NCBI RefSeq assembly: GCF_056746865.1
Contig: NZ_CM163382.1
Length of the DNA stretch: 64,000 bases
Strand: one strand, 5' to 3'
Part shown: piece after piece, positions 1 to 13,158 of the stretch
Layout of the letters: the number at the start of each line of letters is the position of its first letter
Numbering within the stretch: the stretch's first letter is position 1
The notes under the pieces: model-generated
Told to the model about the DNA's origin: nothing
Seen by the model: the letters and a program-made list of their open reading frames with translations, nothing else
Databases searched by the model: none
Position numbers and translations under genes: made by a program

Positions 1-797
1 ATGAGGCGCTTAACCGCGAACTCAATCTTACCTGGCAAAATACGCGGCCCGATCATAATCCGATTGTCGCCGGTAACTGGCCGCCAAAAGCCGATGAAGT
101 GTCAATGGAAGAGGGGCTGGCGAAACGCTTAAACGTTGCCCTCGGCGATACCGTGACTTTTATGGGCGATACCCAGGAGTTCCGCGCTAAAGTGACCAGC
201 CTGCGCAAAGTGGACTGGGAAAGTCTGCGGCCTAATTTCTATTTTATTTTCCCTGAAGGGGCATTAGACGGACAACCGCAGAGTTGGCTTACCAGTTTCC
301 GCTGGGAGAATGGCAACGGCATGTTGACGCAACTCAACCGCCAGTTCCCTACCATTAGCCTGTTAGACATTGGCGCGATTTTAAAACAGGTCGGTCAGGT
401 GCTGGAGCAGGTAAGTCGGGCGCTGGAAGTGATGGTGGTGCTGGTCACCGCCTGCGGTATGTTGCTGTTGCTGGCACAGGTGCAGGTGGGAATGCGTCAG
501 CGTCATCAGGAGCTGGTGGTGTGGCGCACACTCGGTGCGGGCAAAAAACTGCTGCGCACGACATTGTGGTGTGAGTTCGCCATGCTCGGGTTTGTATCCG
601 GCCTGGTGGCCGCAATTGGTGCGGAAACGGCACTGGCGGTACTGCAATCGAAAGTGTTTGATTTCCCGTGGGAGCCAGACTGGCGATTGTGGATTGTTCT
701 GCCGTGCAGCGGTGCGCTGCTGCTGTCGCTTTGCGGCGGCTGGCTGGGTGCGCGACTGGTTAAGGGTAAGGCGCTATTCAGGCAGTTTGTGGGATGA
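1..797 (+). CDS. ybbP: ABC-transporter permease, C-terminal fragment (5' end lies upstream of window)
   Basis: Frame is open from position 3 with no stop; hydrophobic permease-like C-terminus; synteny upstream of selU. Confidence 0.75.
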   Translation, partial: EALNRELNLTWQNTRPDHNPIVAGNWPPKADEVSMEEGLAKRLNVALGDTVTFMGDTQEFRAKVTSLRKVDWESLRPNFYFIFPEGALDGQPQSWLTSFRWENGNGMLTQLNRQFPTISLLDIGAILKQVGQVLEQVSRALEVMVVLVTACGMLLLLAQVQVGMRQRHQELVVWRTLGAGKKLLRTTLWCEFAMLGFVSGLVAAIGAETALAVLQSKVFDFPWEPDWRLWIVLPCSGALLLSLCGGWLGARLVKGKALFRQFVG

Positions 798-804
798 TGA
801 CAGG

Positions 805-915
805 CGTTAGATTGCCTGATGCGCTACGCTTATCAGGCCTACGAGGATCGTGCAATATATTGATTTTGCAAGATTGTGTAGGCCGGATAAGGCGTTTACG
901 CCGCATCTGGCATGA
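805..915. repeat. REP/BIME-like palindromic units
   Basis: gcctgatgcgctacgcttatcaggcctac ... gtaggccggataaggcgtttacgccgcatc, typical REP consensus. Confidence 0.7.
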
Positions 916-1315
916 ACAGTGTGCATTTTGGCAATAAATATGAAACCAACTGTCATGTCGGTTTTTTTAAAGGCCGAAGGTGGTAAACCTTCGGCCTTAG
1001 CTACGTTTCCTCAGTTATTCAATAAACTGACGGATCAGTTCCAGCAGCGCGATTAGCGCCTTAAGAACGATGAGAACTGCCTCTCTCCAAATTAGAGCAC
1101 CAGAATCAGCACCACCTGTATCCTGACCAGGACTTAAAAGTACTTTTCCGCACTGCGGTAATCCCTTGAGGCAGTATCACTACTAGCGTCGGGATTGTAT
1201 CGCCAACATAGCTGTTTGAATATGTAGGCATCCTGACTTATAATTCATTTGCTAGATGAGGACTGTTTCATTTCTGCCCGGAACCACCAAGTCTTGGGCG
1301 GAAAAAATAAAAAAA

Positions 1316-1339
1316 CCGACTGTCATGTCGGTTTTTTTA
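1316..1339. terminator. Bidirectional rho-independent terminator (ccgac-tgtcat-gtcgg hairpin flanked by A- and T-tracts)
   Basis: Perfect stem with A-tract upstream and T-tract downstream; lies just downstream of the selU stop on the minus strand; a near copy occurs at 946-967. Confidence 0.6.
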
Positions 1340-1401
1340 TATCTGTATTCTGGTGCAACCATTCTGTTCTCACGACAATCGCCGTTTCAGAATACCGCCC
1401 A

Positions 1402-2511
<1,110 letters not shown>

Positions 2512-2564
2512 TCAAATCAGCTTGCGCGCTATTTTACGCGCCAACGCGCAAGGAAACTTGATTT

Positions 2565-3491
2565 TTAACTGCGTGGGTTGCCGAAAATTTCTAAAAATCC
2601 GCTGATTTCCGGCCTGCGCTGGGTAAACAAGGTCACAATATCTTCTACCGCTTTGCCGCTGCCAAATTTGCGCCATGCCAGACTCAATGGCGAAGGAGGG
2701 CGCATCGTTGGGATTACCCGGCTGACCAGTTGTTGATTATCGATCATTGACTGGCAAAGTGATTTTGGCAAAAAACCAATGCCAACGCCCGCCAGATGGG
2801 CGGCGATTTTCGTTTCCATATCGGGAACAATAATCTCTTTTTGCCCCGGCAATCGCCAGGCGACGCGTTTGGTTAGTGTTCGGGCGCTGTCTTCAATATT
2901 GACCGCCGGAAAGCGCCGCAACTGTGCTTCTGTTAGCGGCTCTTCAACGTTCGCCAGCGGATGATCCGCCGCCATGACAAAGCGCCATTGCACCGATCCT
3001 AAGGGATCAAGACTAAAGGTATTTGCCAGCGCCTCGGTTCCCGTGACGCCGATAGCCAGTGAAAAACCTTCGTACAATAGCGAGTCCCAGACGCCCATAT
3101 AGATTTGTCGGGAGATGTGAAACTGGGTAAACGGGTAACGTTCATTCAGCCACGCCAGCAGCTGGGCGACGGCCTGGGGGGTGTAGAGCAGGTTGTTGAT
3201 GACAATATTCACCTGGCGTTCCACGCCATCATTCACCTGTTGCAGCTCGCTGGGCATACTTTCCAGCCAGCTCAGCCAGTCTCTGGCCTGGGAAAGTAGA
3301 TGCTCGCCAGCCGCTGTCAACGTCACGCTGCGAGTCGTGCGGAAAAACAGCGCCACTCCGGTATTCTCTTCCAGAAGTTTAATGCGATAACTGATCGTCG
3401 CCGTGGTTTTACACAATCGTTCTGCCGCTTTTGAAAAACTTCCTGTTTCAGCAACCGCAATGAAAGTCCGCAAGGTTTCTGGATCGAACAT
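2565..3491 (-). CDS. allS: LysR-family transcriptional activator of the allantoin regulon
   Basis: 308 aa; N-terminal HTH of LysR type; divergent from allA. Confidence 0.9.
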   Translation of the reverse strand: MFDPETLRTFIAVAETGSFSKAAERLCKTTATISYRIKLLEENTGVALFFRTTRSVTLTAAGEHLLSQARDWLSWLESMPSELQQVNDGVERQVNIVINNLLYTPQAVAQLLAWLNERYPFTQFHISRQIYMGVWDSLLYEGFSLAIGVTGTEALANTFSLDPLGSVQWRFVMAADHPLANVEEPLTEAQLRRFPAVNIEDSARTLTKRVAWRLPGQKEIIVPDMETKIAAHLAGVGIGFLPKSLCQSMIDNQQLVSRVIPTMRPPSPLSLAWRKFGSGKAVEDIVTLFTQRRPEISGFLEIFGNPRS

Positions 3492-3720
3492 CTTCAGGTA
3501 TCCCCTTTTAAATCCGCAAGTTGCGTGATTTTCTTATCCTCTGATTTATCAGTATTTTTACATGATAACCCTGTTCAATTTGTGGACTAAATCTAGTTTT
3601 GGAAAAATATTCCAACTTTTGTGTTGATGTTGTTCTCTTAAGGTTTTAGATTGCCTGTTATTGAAACCAAGCTGACCGGTCGGCGGTGGTTGAACGGAAT
3701 TATGTTATAAGGACAAAAAG

Positions 3721-4203
3721 ATGAAACTTCAGGTATTACCGTTAAGTCAGGAAGCCTTTAGTGCTTATGGCGACGTAATCGAAACGCAGAAACGGGATTT
3801 TTTCCATATTAACAATGGACTGGTGGAGCGTTACCACGATTTGGCGCTGGTTGAGATTCTTGAGCAAGACCGTACGCTTATCAGCATTAACCGCGCGCAA
3901 CCGGCGAATCTGCCGCTGACCATTCACGAACTCGAACGTCATCCGCTGGGTACTCAGGCCTTTATCCCGATGAAAGGTGAAGTGTTTGTGGTGGTCGTGG
4001 CGTTAGGTGACGACAAACCAGACCTGTCAACGCTGCGGGCGTTTATTACCAACGGCGAACAGGGGGTGAATTACCATCGTAACGTCTGGCATCATCCACT
4101 TTTCGCCTGGCAGCGCGTCACCGATTTTCTGACCATCGATCGCGGCGGCAGTGACAACTGTGATGTTGAAAGTATTCCTGAACAGGAACTCTGTTTTGCG
4201 TGA
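3721..4203 (+). CDS. allA: Ureidoglycolate lyase
   Basis: 160 aa; position and sequence match AllA. Confidence 0.9.
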   Translation: MKLQVLPLSQEAFSAYGDVIETQKRDFFHINNGLVERYHDLALVEILEQDRTLISINRAQPANLPLTIHELERHPLGTQAFIPMKGEVFVVVVALGDDKPDLSTLRAFITNGEQGVNYHRNVWHHPLFAWQRVTDFLTIDRGGSDNCDVESIPEQELCFA

Positions 4204-4280
4204 CGCCTGCAACCGACTTGCATAAGATAAACTAATTGTTCATTGTTTATGCTCACTTGTAGGTCGGAGTTAACGTAGGT

Positions 4281-5096
4281 ATGACGGAAGTTAGACGGCG
4301 CGGCAGGCCAGGACAGGCGGAGCCTGTGGCACAGAAGGGCGCACAGGCGTTAGAGCGGGGAATTGCGATTCTGCAATATCTGGAAAAAAGTGGGGGAAGT
4401 TCGTCGGTTAGCGATATCTCTCTCAATCTGGATTTGCCGCTCTCCACGACCTTTCGCTTGCTGAAGGTTTTACAGGCAGCGGATTTTGTCTATCAGGACA
4501 GTCAGTTAGGCTGGTGGCATATAGGATTAGGTGTCTTTAACGTCGGTGCGGCGTACATCCATAACCGCGATGTCCTCTCCGTCGCCGGGCCGTTTATGCG
4601 CCGCCTGATGTTACTTTCCGGCGAAACGGTCAATGTCGCGATCCGTAACGGTAATGAAGCGGTATTAATTGGTCAGTTAGAGTGTAAATCGATGGTCAGG
4701 ATGTGCGCGCCACTGGGCAGTCGTCTGCCGCTGCATGCTTCCGGTGCGGGCAAAGCGCTGCTTTATCCGCTGGCGGAAGAGGAGTTGATGAGCATCATTC
4801 TGCAAACCGGTTTGCAGCAGTTTACGCCAACTACGCTTGTGGATATGCCCACCTTGCTGAAGGACCTGGAACAAGCGCGTGAACTGAGCTATACCGTAGA
4901 TAAAGAAGAGCATGTTGTCGGCCTGAATTGTATAGCTTCAGCAATTTACGATGATGTAGGTAGCGTTGTTGCCGCTATCTCCATCTCCGGGCCTTCATCA
5001 AGACTGACAGAAGATCGTTTTGTCAGTCAGGGTGAGCTGGTCAGAGACACCGCCCGCGATATCAGCACGGCGTTGGGACTGAAAGCACATCCATAG
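4281..5096 (+). CDS. allR: IclR-family repressor of the allantoin regulon
   Basis: 271 aa; IclR-type HTH plus effector domain. Confidence 0.9.
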   Translation: MTEVRRRGRPGQAEPVAQKGAQALERGIAILQYLEKSGGSSSVSDISLNLDLPLSTTFRLLKVLQAADFVYQDSQLGWWHIGLGVFNVGAAYIHNRDVLSVAGPFMRRLMLLSGETVNVAIRNGNEAVLIGQLECKSMVRMCAPLGSRLPLHASGAGKALLYPLAEEELMSIILQTGLQQFTPTTLVDMPTLLKDLEQARELSYTVDKEEHVVGLNCIASAIYDDVGSVVAAISISGPSSRLTEDRFVSQGELVRDTARDISTALGLKAHP

Positions 5097-5107
5097 TGTC
5101 TGTCGCA

Positions 5108-5133
5108 TCCCGCTCTGCGGAGCGGGTTTTTTT
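5108..5133 (+). terminator. Rho-independent terminator after allR
   Basis: cccgctctgcggagcggg hairpin followed by T7 tract. Confidence 0.7.
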
Positions 5134-5185
5134 GACAAAATTTGAAAGTTGGAAAATTTTTCCAATTAATAGAGGTAGGAATAAA

Positions 5186-6967
5186 ATGGCAAAAATGAGA
5201 GCCGTTGACGCGGCAATGTATGTGCTGGAGAAAGAAGGTATCACCACCGCCTTCGGCGTTCCGGGAGCTGCAATCAATCCGTTCTACTCAGCGATGCGTA
5301 AGCACGGCGGTATTCGTCACATTCTGGCGCGTCATGTGGAAGGTGCTTCGCACATGGCGGAAGGTTATACCCGCGCAACGGCAGGGAATATCGGCGTATG
5401 TCTGGGAACCTCGGGACCAGCAGGCACTGACATGATCACCGCGCTCTATTCCGCTTCTGCTGATTCCATTCCTATTCTGTGTATTACCGGTCAGGCACCG
5501 CGCGCCCGTCTGCATAAAGAAGATTTTCAGGCCGTAGATATTGAAGCAATTGCTAAACCGGTCAGCAAAATGGCGGTTACAGTTCGTGAAGCGGCGCTGG
5601 TGCCTCGTGTGCTGCAACAGGCATTTCACCTGATGCGTTCTGGTCGTCCGGGGCCGGTACTGGTGGATTTACCGTTTGACGTACAGGTTGCGGAAATCGA
5701 GTTTGATCCTGACATGTACGAACCGCTGCCGGTCTACAAACCTGCAGCCAGCCGTATGCAGATCGAAAAAGCGGTAGAAATGTTAATTCAGGCCGAACGT
5801 CCGGTGATTGTTGCCGGGGGCGGGGTAATCAATGCTGACGCAGCTGCACTGTTACAACAGTTTGCTGAACTGACCAGCGTTCCGGTGATCCCAACGCTGA
5901 TGGGCTGGGGCTGTATCCCGGATGACCACGAACTGATGGCCGGGATGGTGGGTCTGCAAACTGCGCATCGTTACGGTAACGCAACGCTACTGGCGTCCGA
6001 CATGGTGTTTGGTATCGGTAACCGTTTTGCTAACCGTCATACCGGTTCGGTAGAGAAATACACCGAAGGGCGCAAAATCGTTCATATCGATATTGAGCCG
6101 ACGCAAATTGGCCGCGTGCTGTGTCCGGATCTGGGCATTGTCTCTGATGCTAAAGCGGCGCTGACGCTGCTGGTTGAAGTGGCGCAGGAGATGCAAAAAG
6201 CGGGTCGTCTGCCGTGTCGTAAAGAATGGGTCGCCGACTGCCAGCAGCGCAAACGCACTTTGCTGCGCAAAACCCACTTCGACAATGTGCCGGTGAAACC
6301 GCAGCGCGTGTATGAAGAGATGAACAAAGCCTTTGGTCGCGATGTTTGTTATGTCACCACCATTGGTTTGTCACAAATCGCTGCGGCACAAATGCTACAT
6401 GTCTTTAAAGACCGCCACTGGATCAACTGTGGGCAGGCAGGCCCGTTGGGCTGGACCATTCCGGCGGCGCTGGGCGTGTGTGCCGCTGATCCAGAGCGCA
6501 ATGTGGTGGCGATTTCCGGTGACTTCGACTTCCAGTTTCTGATTGAAGAATTAGCCGTTGGCGCACAGTTCAACATTCCGTACATCCATGTACTGGTCAA
6601 TAACGCCTATCTGGGTCTGATTCGCCAGTCGCAGCGCGCGTTTGATATGGATTACTGCGTACAGCTCGCGTTCGAAAATATTAACTCCAGCGAAGTGAAC
6701 GGTTACGGCGTCGACCACGTAAAAGTAGCGGAAGGTTTAGGTTGTAAAGCGATTCGCGTTTTCAAACCGGAAGATATAGCACCAGCCTTTGAACAGGCGA
6801 AAGCCTTAATGGCGCAATATCGGGTACCGGTAGTCGTGGAAGTTATTCTCGAGCGTGTGACCAATATTTCGATGGGCAGCGAACTGGATAATGTCATGGA
6901 ATTTGAAGATATCGCCGATAACGCAGTGGATGCACCGACTGAAACCTGCTTCATGCACTATGAATAA
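5186..6967 (+). CDS. gcl: Glyoxylate carboligase (tartronate-semialdehyde synthase), ThDP enzyme
   Basis: 593 aa from ATG 5186 ([19 protein letters not shown]...) with an RBS upstream; the longer track ORF from 5096 is an N-terminal overcall. Confidence 0.92.
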   Translation: MAKMRAVDAAMYVLEKEGITTAFGVPGAAINPFYSAMRKHGGIRHILARHVEGASHMAEGYTRATAGNIGVCLGTSGPAGTDMITALYSASADSIPILCITGQAPRARLHKEDFQAVDIEAIAKPVSKMAVTVREAALVPRVLQQAFHLMRSGRPGPVLVDLPFDVQVAEIEFDPDMYEPLPVYKPAASRMQIEKAVEMLIQAERPVIVAGGGVINADAAALLQQFAELTSVPVIPTLMGWGCIPDDHELMAGMVGLQTAHRYGNATLLASDMVFGIGNRFANRHTGSVEKYTEGRKIVHIDIEPTQIGRVLCPDLGIVSDAKAALTLLVEVAQEMQKAGRLPCRKEWVADCQQRKRTLLRKTHFDNVPVKPQRVYEEMNKAFGRDVCYVTTIGLSQIAAAQMLHVFKDRHWINCGQAGPLGWTIPAALGVCAADPERNVVAISGDFDFQFLIEELAVGAQFNIPYIHVLVNNAYLGLIRQSQRAFDMDYCVQLAFENINSSEVNGYGVDHVKVAEGLGCKAIRVFKPEDIAPAFEQAKALMAQYRVPVVVEVILERVTNISMGSELDNVMEFEDIADNAVDAPTETCFMHYE

Positions 6968-6979
6968 GGGAGATAAATA

Positions 6980-7756
6980 ATGTTACGTTTCTCTGCTAAT
7001 TTATCGATGTTATTTGGTGAATATGATTTTCTCGCCCGTTTTGAGAAAGCTGCGCAGTGTGGTTTTCGCGGCGTTGAATTTATGTTCCCTTATGACTACG
7101 ACATTGAAGAATTAAAACAGGTGCTGGCGAGTAATAAACTCGAACATACGCTGCACAATTTACCGGCAGGTGACTGGGCGGCGGGCGAGCGGGGTATTGC
7201 CTGTATTCCTGGCCGTGAAGAAGAGTTTCGGGATGGCGTAGCAGCAGCGATTCGTTATGCCCGTGCGCTGGGTAATAAAAAAATTAACTGTCTGGTCGGT
7301 AAAACGCCGGCTGGTTTCAGCAGTGAACAGATTCACGCAACGCTTGTAGAAAACCTGCGTTATGCCGCGAATATGCTGATGAAAGAAGATATTTTATTAC
7401 TGATTGAACCTATTAACCATTTTGATATTCCTGGTTTCCATCTCACCGGAACTCGGCAGGCACTGAAACTGATTGATGATGTTGGTTGCTGCAATTTGAA
7501 AATACAGTATGACATTTATCACATGCAGCGGATGGAAGGTGAATTAACCAACACTATGACGCAATGGGCCGATAAAATTGGTCACCTGCAAATTGCTGAT
7601 AATCCGCATCGCGGCGAACCGGGGACCGGAGAAATTAATTATGATTATCTCTTTAAGGTAATCGAAAATTCTGACTACAACGGTTGGGTTGGGTGTGAAT
7701 ATAAACCCCAAACCACCACGGAAGCCGGTTTACGCTGGATGGATCCGTACCGTTAA
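6980..7756 (+). CDS. hyi: Hydroxypyruvate isomerase
   Basis: 258 aa; TIM-barrel sugar-isomerase-like; synteny gcl-hyi-glxR. Confidence 0.9.
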   Translation: MLRFSANLSMLFGEYDFLARFEKAAQCGFRGVEFMFPYDYDIEELKQVLASNKLEHTLHNLPAGDWAAGERGIACIPGREEEFRDGVAAAIRYARALGNKKINCLVGKTPAGFSSEQIHATLVENLRYAANMLMKEDILLLIEPINHFDIPGFHLTGTRQALKLIDDVGCCNLKIQYDIYHMQRMEGELTNTMTQWADKIGHLQIADNPHRGEPGTGEINYDYLFKVIENSDYNGWVGCEYKPQTTTEAGLRWMDPYR

Positions 7757-7855
7757 AACGTAACGCTATTCAGACAATGCTTTTTTAGGCCGCTAAGTTG
7801 GCAGGGGATCGTGTTGTCTGAATTCAGGAAAAGCGAAATTTAAAAGAGGTTAATT

Positions 7856-8734
7856 ATGAAACTGGGATTTATTGGCTTAGGCATTATGGGTACACCGATG
7901 GCCATTAATCTGGCGCGAGCCGGTCATCAACTGCATGTCACAACCATTGGTCCGGTTGCTGATGAATTACTGTCACTGGGTGCCGTCAGTGTTGAAACTG
8001 CGCGCCAGGTAACGGAAGCATCGGACATCATTTTTATTATGGTGCCGGATACGCCACAGGTTGAAGAAGTTCTGTTTGGTGAAAATGGTTGTACCAAAGC
8101 CTCGCTGAAGGGCAAAACCATTGTTGATATGAGCTCCATTTCCCCGATTGAAACTAAGCGTTTCGCTCGTCAGGTGAATGAACTGGGCGGCGATTATCTC
8201 GATGCGCCCGTCTCCGGCGGTGAAATCGGCGCGCGTGAAGGGACGTTGTCGATTATGGTTGGCGGTGACGAAGCGGTATTTGAACGTGTTAAACCGCTGT
8301 TTGAACTGCTCGGTAAAAATATCACCCTCGTGGGCGGTAACGGCGACGGTCAAACCTGCAAAGTGGCAAATCAGATTATCGTGGCGCTCAATATTGAAGC
8401 GGTTTCTGAAGCCCTGCTGTTTGCTTCAAAAGCCGGTGCAGATCCGGTACGTGTGCGCCAGGCGCTGATGGGCGGCTTTGCTTCCTCACGTATTCTGGAA
8501 GTTCACGGTGAGCGCATGATTAAACGCACCTTTAATCCAGGTTTTAAAATTGCGCTGCACCAGAAAGATCTCAACCTGGCACTGCAAAGTGCGAAAGCAC
8601 TTGCGCTGAACCTGCCAAACACTGCGACCTGCCAGGAGTTATTTAATACCTGTGCGGCAAACGGTGGCAGCCAGTTGGATCACTCTGCGTTAGTGCAGGC
8701 GCTGGAATTAATGGCTAACCATAAACTGGCCTGA
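7856..8734 (+). CDS. glxR: Tartronate semialdehyde reductase (2-hydroxy-3-oxopropionate reductase)
   Basis: 292 aa; N-terminal Rossmann motif GFIGLGIMG. Confidence 0.9.
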   Translation: MKLGFIGLGIMGTPMAINLARAGHQLHVTTIGPVADELLSLGAVSVETARQVTEASDIIFIMVPDTPQVEEVLFGENGCTKASLKGKTIVDMSSISPIETKRFARQVNELGGDYLDAPVSGGEIGAREGTLSIMVGGDEAVFERVKPLFELLGKNITLVGGNGDGQTCKVANQIIVALNIEAVSEALLFASKAGADPVRVRQALMGGFASSRILEVHGERMIKRTFNPGFKIALHQKDLNLALQSAKALALNLPNTATCQELFNTCAANGGSQLDHSALVQALELMANHKLA

Positions 8735-8903
8735 TACCCGCAATAAAAATGGCCGATATCAGAAAATGAATCGGCCAGCAATATTAAAAAAAGAAAGCAG
8801 CCAAAGATGTTGCTTCAGTATTAAAAATAATATTTTTATTTTATTTGTTCCTCATAGCTAGATTAAAACAGCGTTATTCGATACGTGAAATTAAGAGGGA
8901 TTT

Positions 8904-10358
8904 ATGGAACATCAGAGAAAACTATTCCAGCAACGCGGCTATAGCGAAGATCTATTGCCGAAAACGCAAAGCCAGCGGACCTGGAAAACATTTAACTATT
9001 TTACCTTATGGATGGGTTCGGTTCATAACGTTCCCAATTATGTGATGGTCGGCGGCTTTTTTATTCTCGGCTTGTCTACCTTTAGTATTATGCTGGCAAT
9101 TATCCTCAGCGCCTTTTTCATTGCCGCGGTAATGGTATTAAACGGTGCTGCGGGCAGTAAATACGGTGTGCCTTTTGCCATGATCCTGCGTGCTTCTTAC
9201 GGCGTACGTGGTGCACTGTTTCCCGGATTATTAAGAGGCGGGATTGCTGCCATTATGTGGTTTGGCCTGCAATGTTACGCTGGATCGCTGGCCTGCTTGA
9301 TTCTGATTGGCAAAATCTGGCCGGGATTTTTAACTCTCGGTGGTGATTTTACCCTGTTAGGGCTTTCTCTACCGGGCTTAATCACTTTCTTACTCTTCTG
9401 GCTGGTGAACGTCGGAATCGGTTTCGGTGGTGGCAAAGTTTTAAATAAATTCACTGCCATTCTTAACCCGTGCATCTATATCGTTTTCGGCGGTATGGCG
9501 ATTTGGGCGATTTCGCTGGTCGGGCTCGGTCCAATCTTTGACTACATTCCGAGCGGTATTCAGAAAGCAGAAAACAGTGGCTTCCTGTTCCTGGTGGTGA
9601 TTAACGCGGTAGTTGCGGTCTGGGCGGCACCGGCGGTGAGCGCATCCGACTTTACGCAAAACGCCCACTCGTTTCGTGAGCAGGCGCTGGGGCAAACGCT
9701 CGGTTTAGTTGTGGCCTATATTCTGTTTGCGGTCGCCGGGGTATGTATTATTGCCGGAGCCAGTATTCACTACGGCGCTGACACCTGGAACGTGCTGGAT
9801 ATTGTTCAGCGTTGGGATAGCCTGTTTGCCTCGTTCTTTGCGGTACTGGTTATTCTGATGACGACTATCTCCACTAACGCCACCGGTAATATTATTCCTG
9901 CTGGTTATCAGATTGCCGCTATTGCACCGACGAAACTGACCTATAAAAACGGCGTACTGATTGCCAGTATTATCAGCCTGCTGATCTGCCCGTGGAAATT
10001 AATGGAAAATCAGGACAGTATTTATCTGTTCCTCGATATTATCGGCGGAATGCTGGGTCCGGTAATTGGTGTCATGATGGCGCATTATTTTGTGGTGATG
10101 CGTGGGCAAATTAATCTTGATGAACTGTACACCGCACCTGGCGATTATAAATATTACGATAACGGTTTTAACCTCACTGCGTTTTCAGTAACTCTGGTGG
10201 CCGTTATTTTATCTCTTGGCGGTAAGTTTATTCCCTTTATGGAACCGTTATCTCGTGTTTCATGGTTTGTCGGCGTCATCGTCGCCTTTGCGGCCTACGC
10301 CTTATTAAAGAAACGTACAACAGCAGAAAAAACAGGAGAGCAAAAAACCATAGGTTAA
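8904..10358 (+). CDS. ybbW: Allantoin permease (NCS1 family)
   Basis: 484 aa; polytopic membrane protein; synteny before allB. Confidence 0.85.
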   Translation: MEHQRKLFQQRGYSEDLLPKTQSQRTWKTFNYFTLWMGSVHNVPNYVMVGGFFILGLSTFSIMLAIILSAFFIAAVMVLNGAAGSKYGVPFAMILRASYGVRGALFPGLLRGGIAAIMWFGLQCYAGSLACLILIGKIWPGFLTLGGDFTLLGLSLPGLITFLLFWLVNVGIGFGGGKVLNKFTAILNPCIYIVFGGMAIWAISLVGLGPIFDYIPSGIQKAENSGFLFLVVINAVVAVWAAPAVSASDFTQNAHSFREQALGQTLGLVVAYILFAVAGVCIIAGASIHYGADTWNVLDIVQRWDSLFASFFAVLVILMTTISTNATGNIIPAGYQIAAIAPTKLTYKNGVLIASIISLLICPWKLMENQDSIYLFLDIIGGMLGPVIGVMMAHYFVVMRGQINLDELYTAPGDYKYYDNGFNLTAFSVTLVAVILSLGGKFIPFMEPLSRVSWFVGVIVAFAAYALLKKRTTAEKTGEQKTIG

Positions 10359-10417
10359 TTAATCCCGATATTGAACATTGAGTTAAAAACCAATCTGTAT
10401 TTTACAAGGAGTTTGTT

Positions 10418-11779
10418 ATGTCTTTTGATTTAATCATTAAAAACGGCACCGTTATTTTAGAAAACGAAGCTCGCGTTGTAGATATCGCCGTTAAAGGCGG
10501 AAAAATTGCTGCTATCGGTCAGGATCTGGGCGATGCAAAAGAAGTTATGGATGCGTCTGGTCTGGTGGTTTCGCCAGGCATGGTTGATGCGCACACCCAT
10601 ATTTCTGAACCGGGTCGTAGCCACTGGGAAGGTTATGAAACTGGTACTCGCGCAGCGGCAAAAGGTGGTATCACCACCATGATCGAAATGCCGCTCAACC
10701 AGCTGCCTGCAACGGTTGACCGCGCTTCAATTGAACTGAAGTTCGATGCCGCTAAAGGCAAGCTGACTATCGATGCGGCACAACTCGGTGGCCTGGTGTC
10801 TTACAACATCGACCGTCTGCATGAGCTGGATGAAGTGGGCGTTGTCGGCTTCAAATGCTTCGTTGCGACCTGTGGCGATCGCGGTATCGACAACGACTTC
10901 CGTGACGTCAATGACTGGCAGTTCTTCAAAGGTGCGCAGAAGCTGGGCGAACTGGGGCAGCCGGTGCTGGTGCACTGCGAAAACGCACTGATCTGTGATG
11001 CACTGGGCGAAGAAGCGAAAAGTGAAGGTCGCGTAACTGCCCATGACTATGTGGCTTCGCGTCCGGTATTTACCGAAGTGGAAGCGATTCGCCGCGTACT
11101 GTACCTGGCGAAAGTTGCCGGTTGCCGTCTGCACATTTGCCATATCAGCAGCCCGGAAGGCGTTGAGGAAGTGACTCGTGCACGTCAGGAAGGTCAGGAT
11201 GTTACCTGTGAATCCTGCCCGCATTACTTTGTACTGGATACCGAACAGTTCGAAGAAATCGGTACTCTGGCGAAGTGTTCACCGCCGATCCGCGATCTGG
11301 AAAACCAGAAAGGCATGTGGGAAAAACTATTTAACGGTGAAATCGACTGCCTGGTTTCCGACCACTCACCATGCCCTCCGGAAATGAAAGCCGGCAACAT
11401 CATGGAAGCATGGGGCGGTATTGCCGGTCTGCAAAACTGTATGGACGTGATGTTCGATGAAGCGGTACAGAAACGCGGAATGTCTCTGCCAATGTTCGGC
11501 AAATTAATGGCGACTAACGCAGCAGATATTTTCGGTCTGCAGCAAAAAGGCCGTATCGCCCCAGGAAAAGATGCCGACTTCGTCTTCATTCAGCCGAATA
11601 GCAGCTATGTTCTTACCAATGACGATCTGGAATATCGCCACAAAGTCAGCCCGTATGTTGGCCGTACCATTGGCGCGCGTATCACGAAAACCATCTTACG
11701 TGGTGATGTGATTTACGACATTGAACAGGGCTTCCCTGTTGCGCCGAAAGGTCAATTTATCCTTAAACATCAGCAGTAA
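10418..11779 (+). CDS. allB: Allantoinase
   Basis: 453 aa; amidohydrolase metal-binding motifs (DAHTH). Confidence 0.9.
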
Positions 11780-11835
11780 TCTGGCCCCTGCAATGCCCGT
11801 CCTTGCGGCGGGCATTCTCCGGTTAAGGTGTGTTT

Positions 11836-13137
11836 ATGTTCAATTTTGCAGTCAGCCGCGAAAGCCTGTTATCAGGATTTCAGTGGTTTTTCTTTATTTT
11901 TTGCAACACTGTTGTGGTTCCTCCTACGCTACTTTCTGCTTTTCAGTTGCCGCAAAGCAGCCTGCTTACGCTCACGCAATATGCTTTTCTTGCTACCGCA
12001 CTGGCCTGCTTCGCTCAGGCGTTCTGCGGTCATCGTCGCGCTATTATGGAAGGGCCGGGTGGCCTGTGGTGGGGAACCATCCTTACTATCACCCTTGGCG
12101 AAGCATCGCGCGGGACACCGATCAACGATATCGCTACCAGTCTGGCGGTGGGGATTGCGCTCTCCGGCGTGCTGACGATGTTGATTGGTTTTAGCGGATT
12201 AGGTCATCGCCTGGCGCGATTATTTACGCCGTCGGTGATGGTCCTGTTTATGTTGATGCTGGGCGCACAGCTGACCACTATCTTTTTCAAAGGTATGCTC
12301 GGGCTGCCGTTTGGCATAGCCGACCCGAATTTTAAAATTCAGTTACCGCCGTTCGCGCTCTCGGTGGCGGTGATGTGCCTGGTACTGGCGATGATTATTT
12401 TCCTGCCGCAACGTTTTGCCCGTTACGGCCTGCTGGTCGGCACGATAACCGGCTGGTTGTTGTGGTACTTTTGCTTTCCTTCTTCGCATTCGCTCTCCGG
12501 TGAGTTGCACTGGCAGTGGTTCCCGCTCGGCAGTGGAGGTGCTTTGTCGCCGGGGATTATTCTGACGGCGGTGATTACAGGTCTGGTTAATATCAGCAAT
12601 ACCTACGGTGCGATTCGGGGCACGGATGTTTTTTATCCGCAGCAGGGCGCGGGGAATACGCGTTATCGTCGTAGCTTTGTGGCGACCGGATTTATGACGC
12701 TGATAACCGTACCGCTGGCGGTAATTCCATTTTCACCGTTTGTTTCATCCATTGGTTTATTAACCCAGACTGGCGATTACACGCGGCGTTCGTTTATTTA
12801 TGGCAGCGTTATTTGCCTGCTGGTTGCACTGGTTCCGGCACTCACTCGACTGTTTTGCAGTATCCCTTTACCCGTGAGTAGCGCGGTTATGCTGGTTTCT
12901 TATCTGCCTTTACTCTTTTCCGCGCTGGTGTTTAGCCAGCAAATCACGTTTACCGCTCGCAATATTTATCGACTCGCATTGCCGTTATTTGTCGGCATAT
13001 TTTTAATGGCATTACCGCCTGTGTATCTGCAAGACCTTCCATTAACGCTTCGTCCTCTGCTCAGTAACGGCTTACTGGTCGGGATTTTACTGGCTGTTCT
13101 TATGGATAATCTTATTCCGTGGGAACGCATCGAATAA
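11836..13137 (+). CDS. ybbY: Putative purine/uracil permease (NCS2 family)
   Basis: 433 aa from ATG 11836; polytopic membrane protein. Confidence 0.8.
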   Translation: MFNFAVSRESLLSGFQWFFFIFCNTVVVPPTLLSAFQLPQSSLLTLTQYAFLATALACFAQAFCGHRRAIMEGPGGLWWGTILTITLGEASRGTPINDIATSLAVGIALSGVLTMLIGFSGLGHRLARLFTPSVMVLFMLMLGAQLTTIFFKGMLGLPFGIADPNFKIQLPPFALSVAVMCLVLAMIIFLPQRFARYGLLVGTITGWLLWYFCFPSSHSLSGELHWQWFPLGSGGALSPGIILTAVITGLVNISNTYGAIRGTDVFYPQQGAGNTRYRRSFVATGFMTLITVPLAVIPFSPFVSSIGLLTQTGDYTRRSFIYGSVICLLVALVPALTRLFCSIPLPVSSAVMLVSYLPLLFSALVFSQQITFTARNIYRLALPLFVGIFLMALPPVYLQDLPLTLRPLLSNGLLVGILLAVLMDNLIPWERIE

Positions 13138-13158
13138 TTTGTTGAAAAAGGATTGATA

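Noticed and set aside
798-1401. Possible Rhs element or other mobile DNA between ybbP and selU
   Set aside because: The interval is only ~600 bp with REP units and hairpins; no Rhs core, transposase or integrase coding capacity is present
5096-5185. N-terminal extension of gcl (track ORF begins at 5096)
   Set aside because: The extension covers the allR terminator hairpin and has no RBS; the ATG at 5186 with RBS gives the expected 593-aa protein
10727-11224. 165-aa ORF on the minus strand
   Set aside because: Antisense shadow within allB
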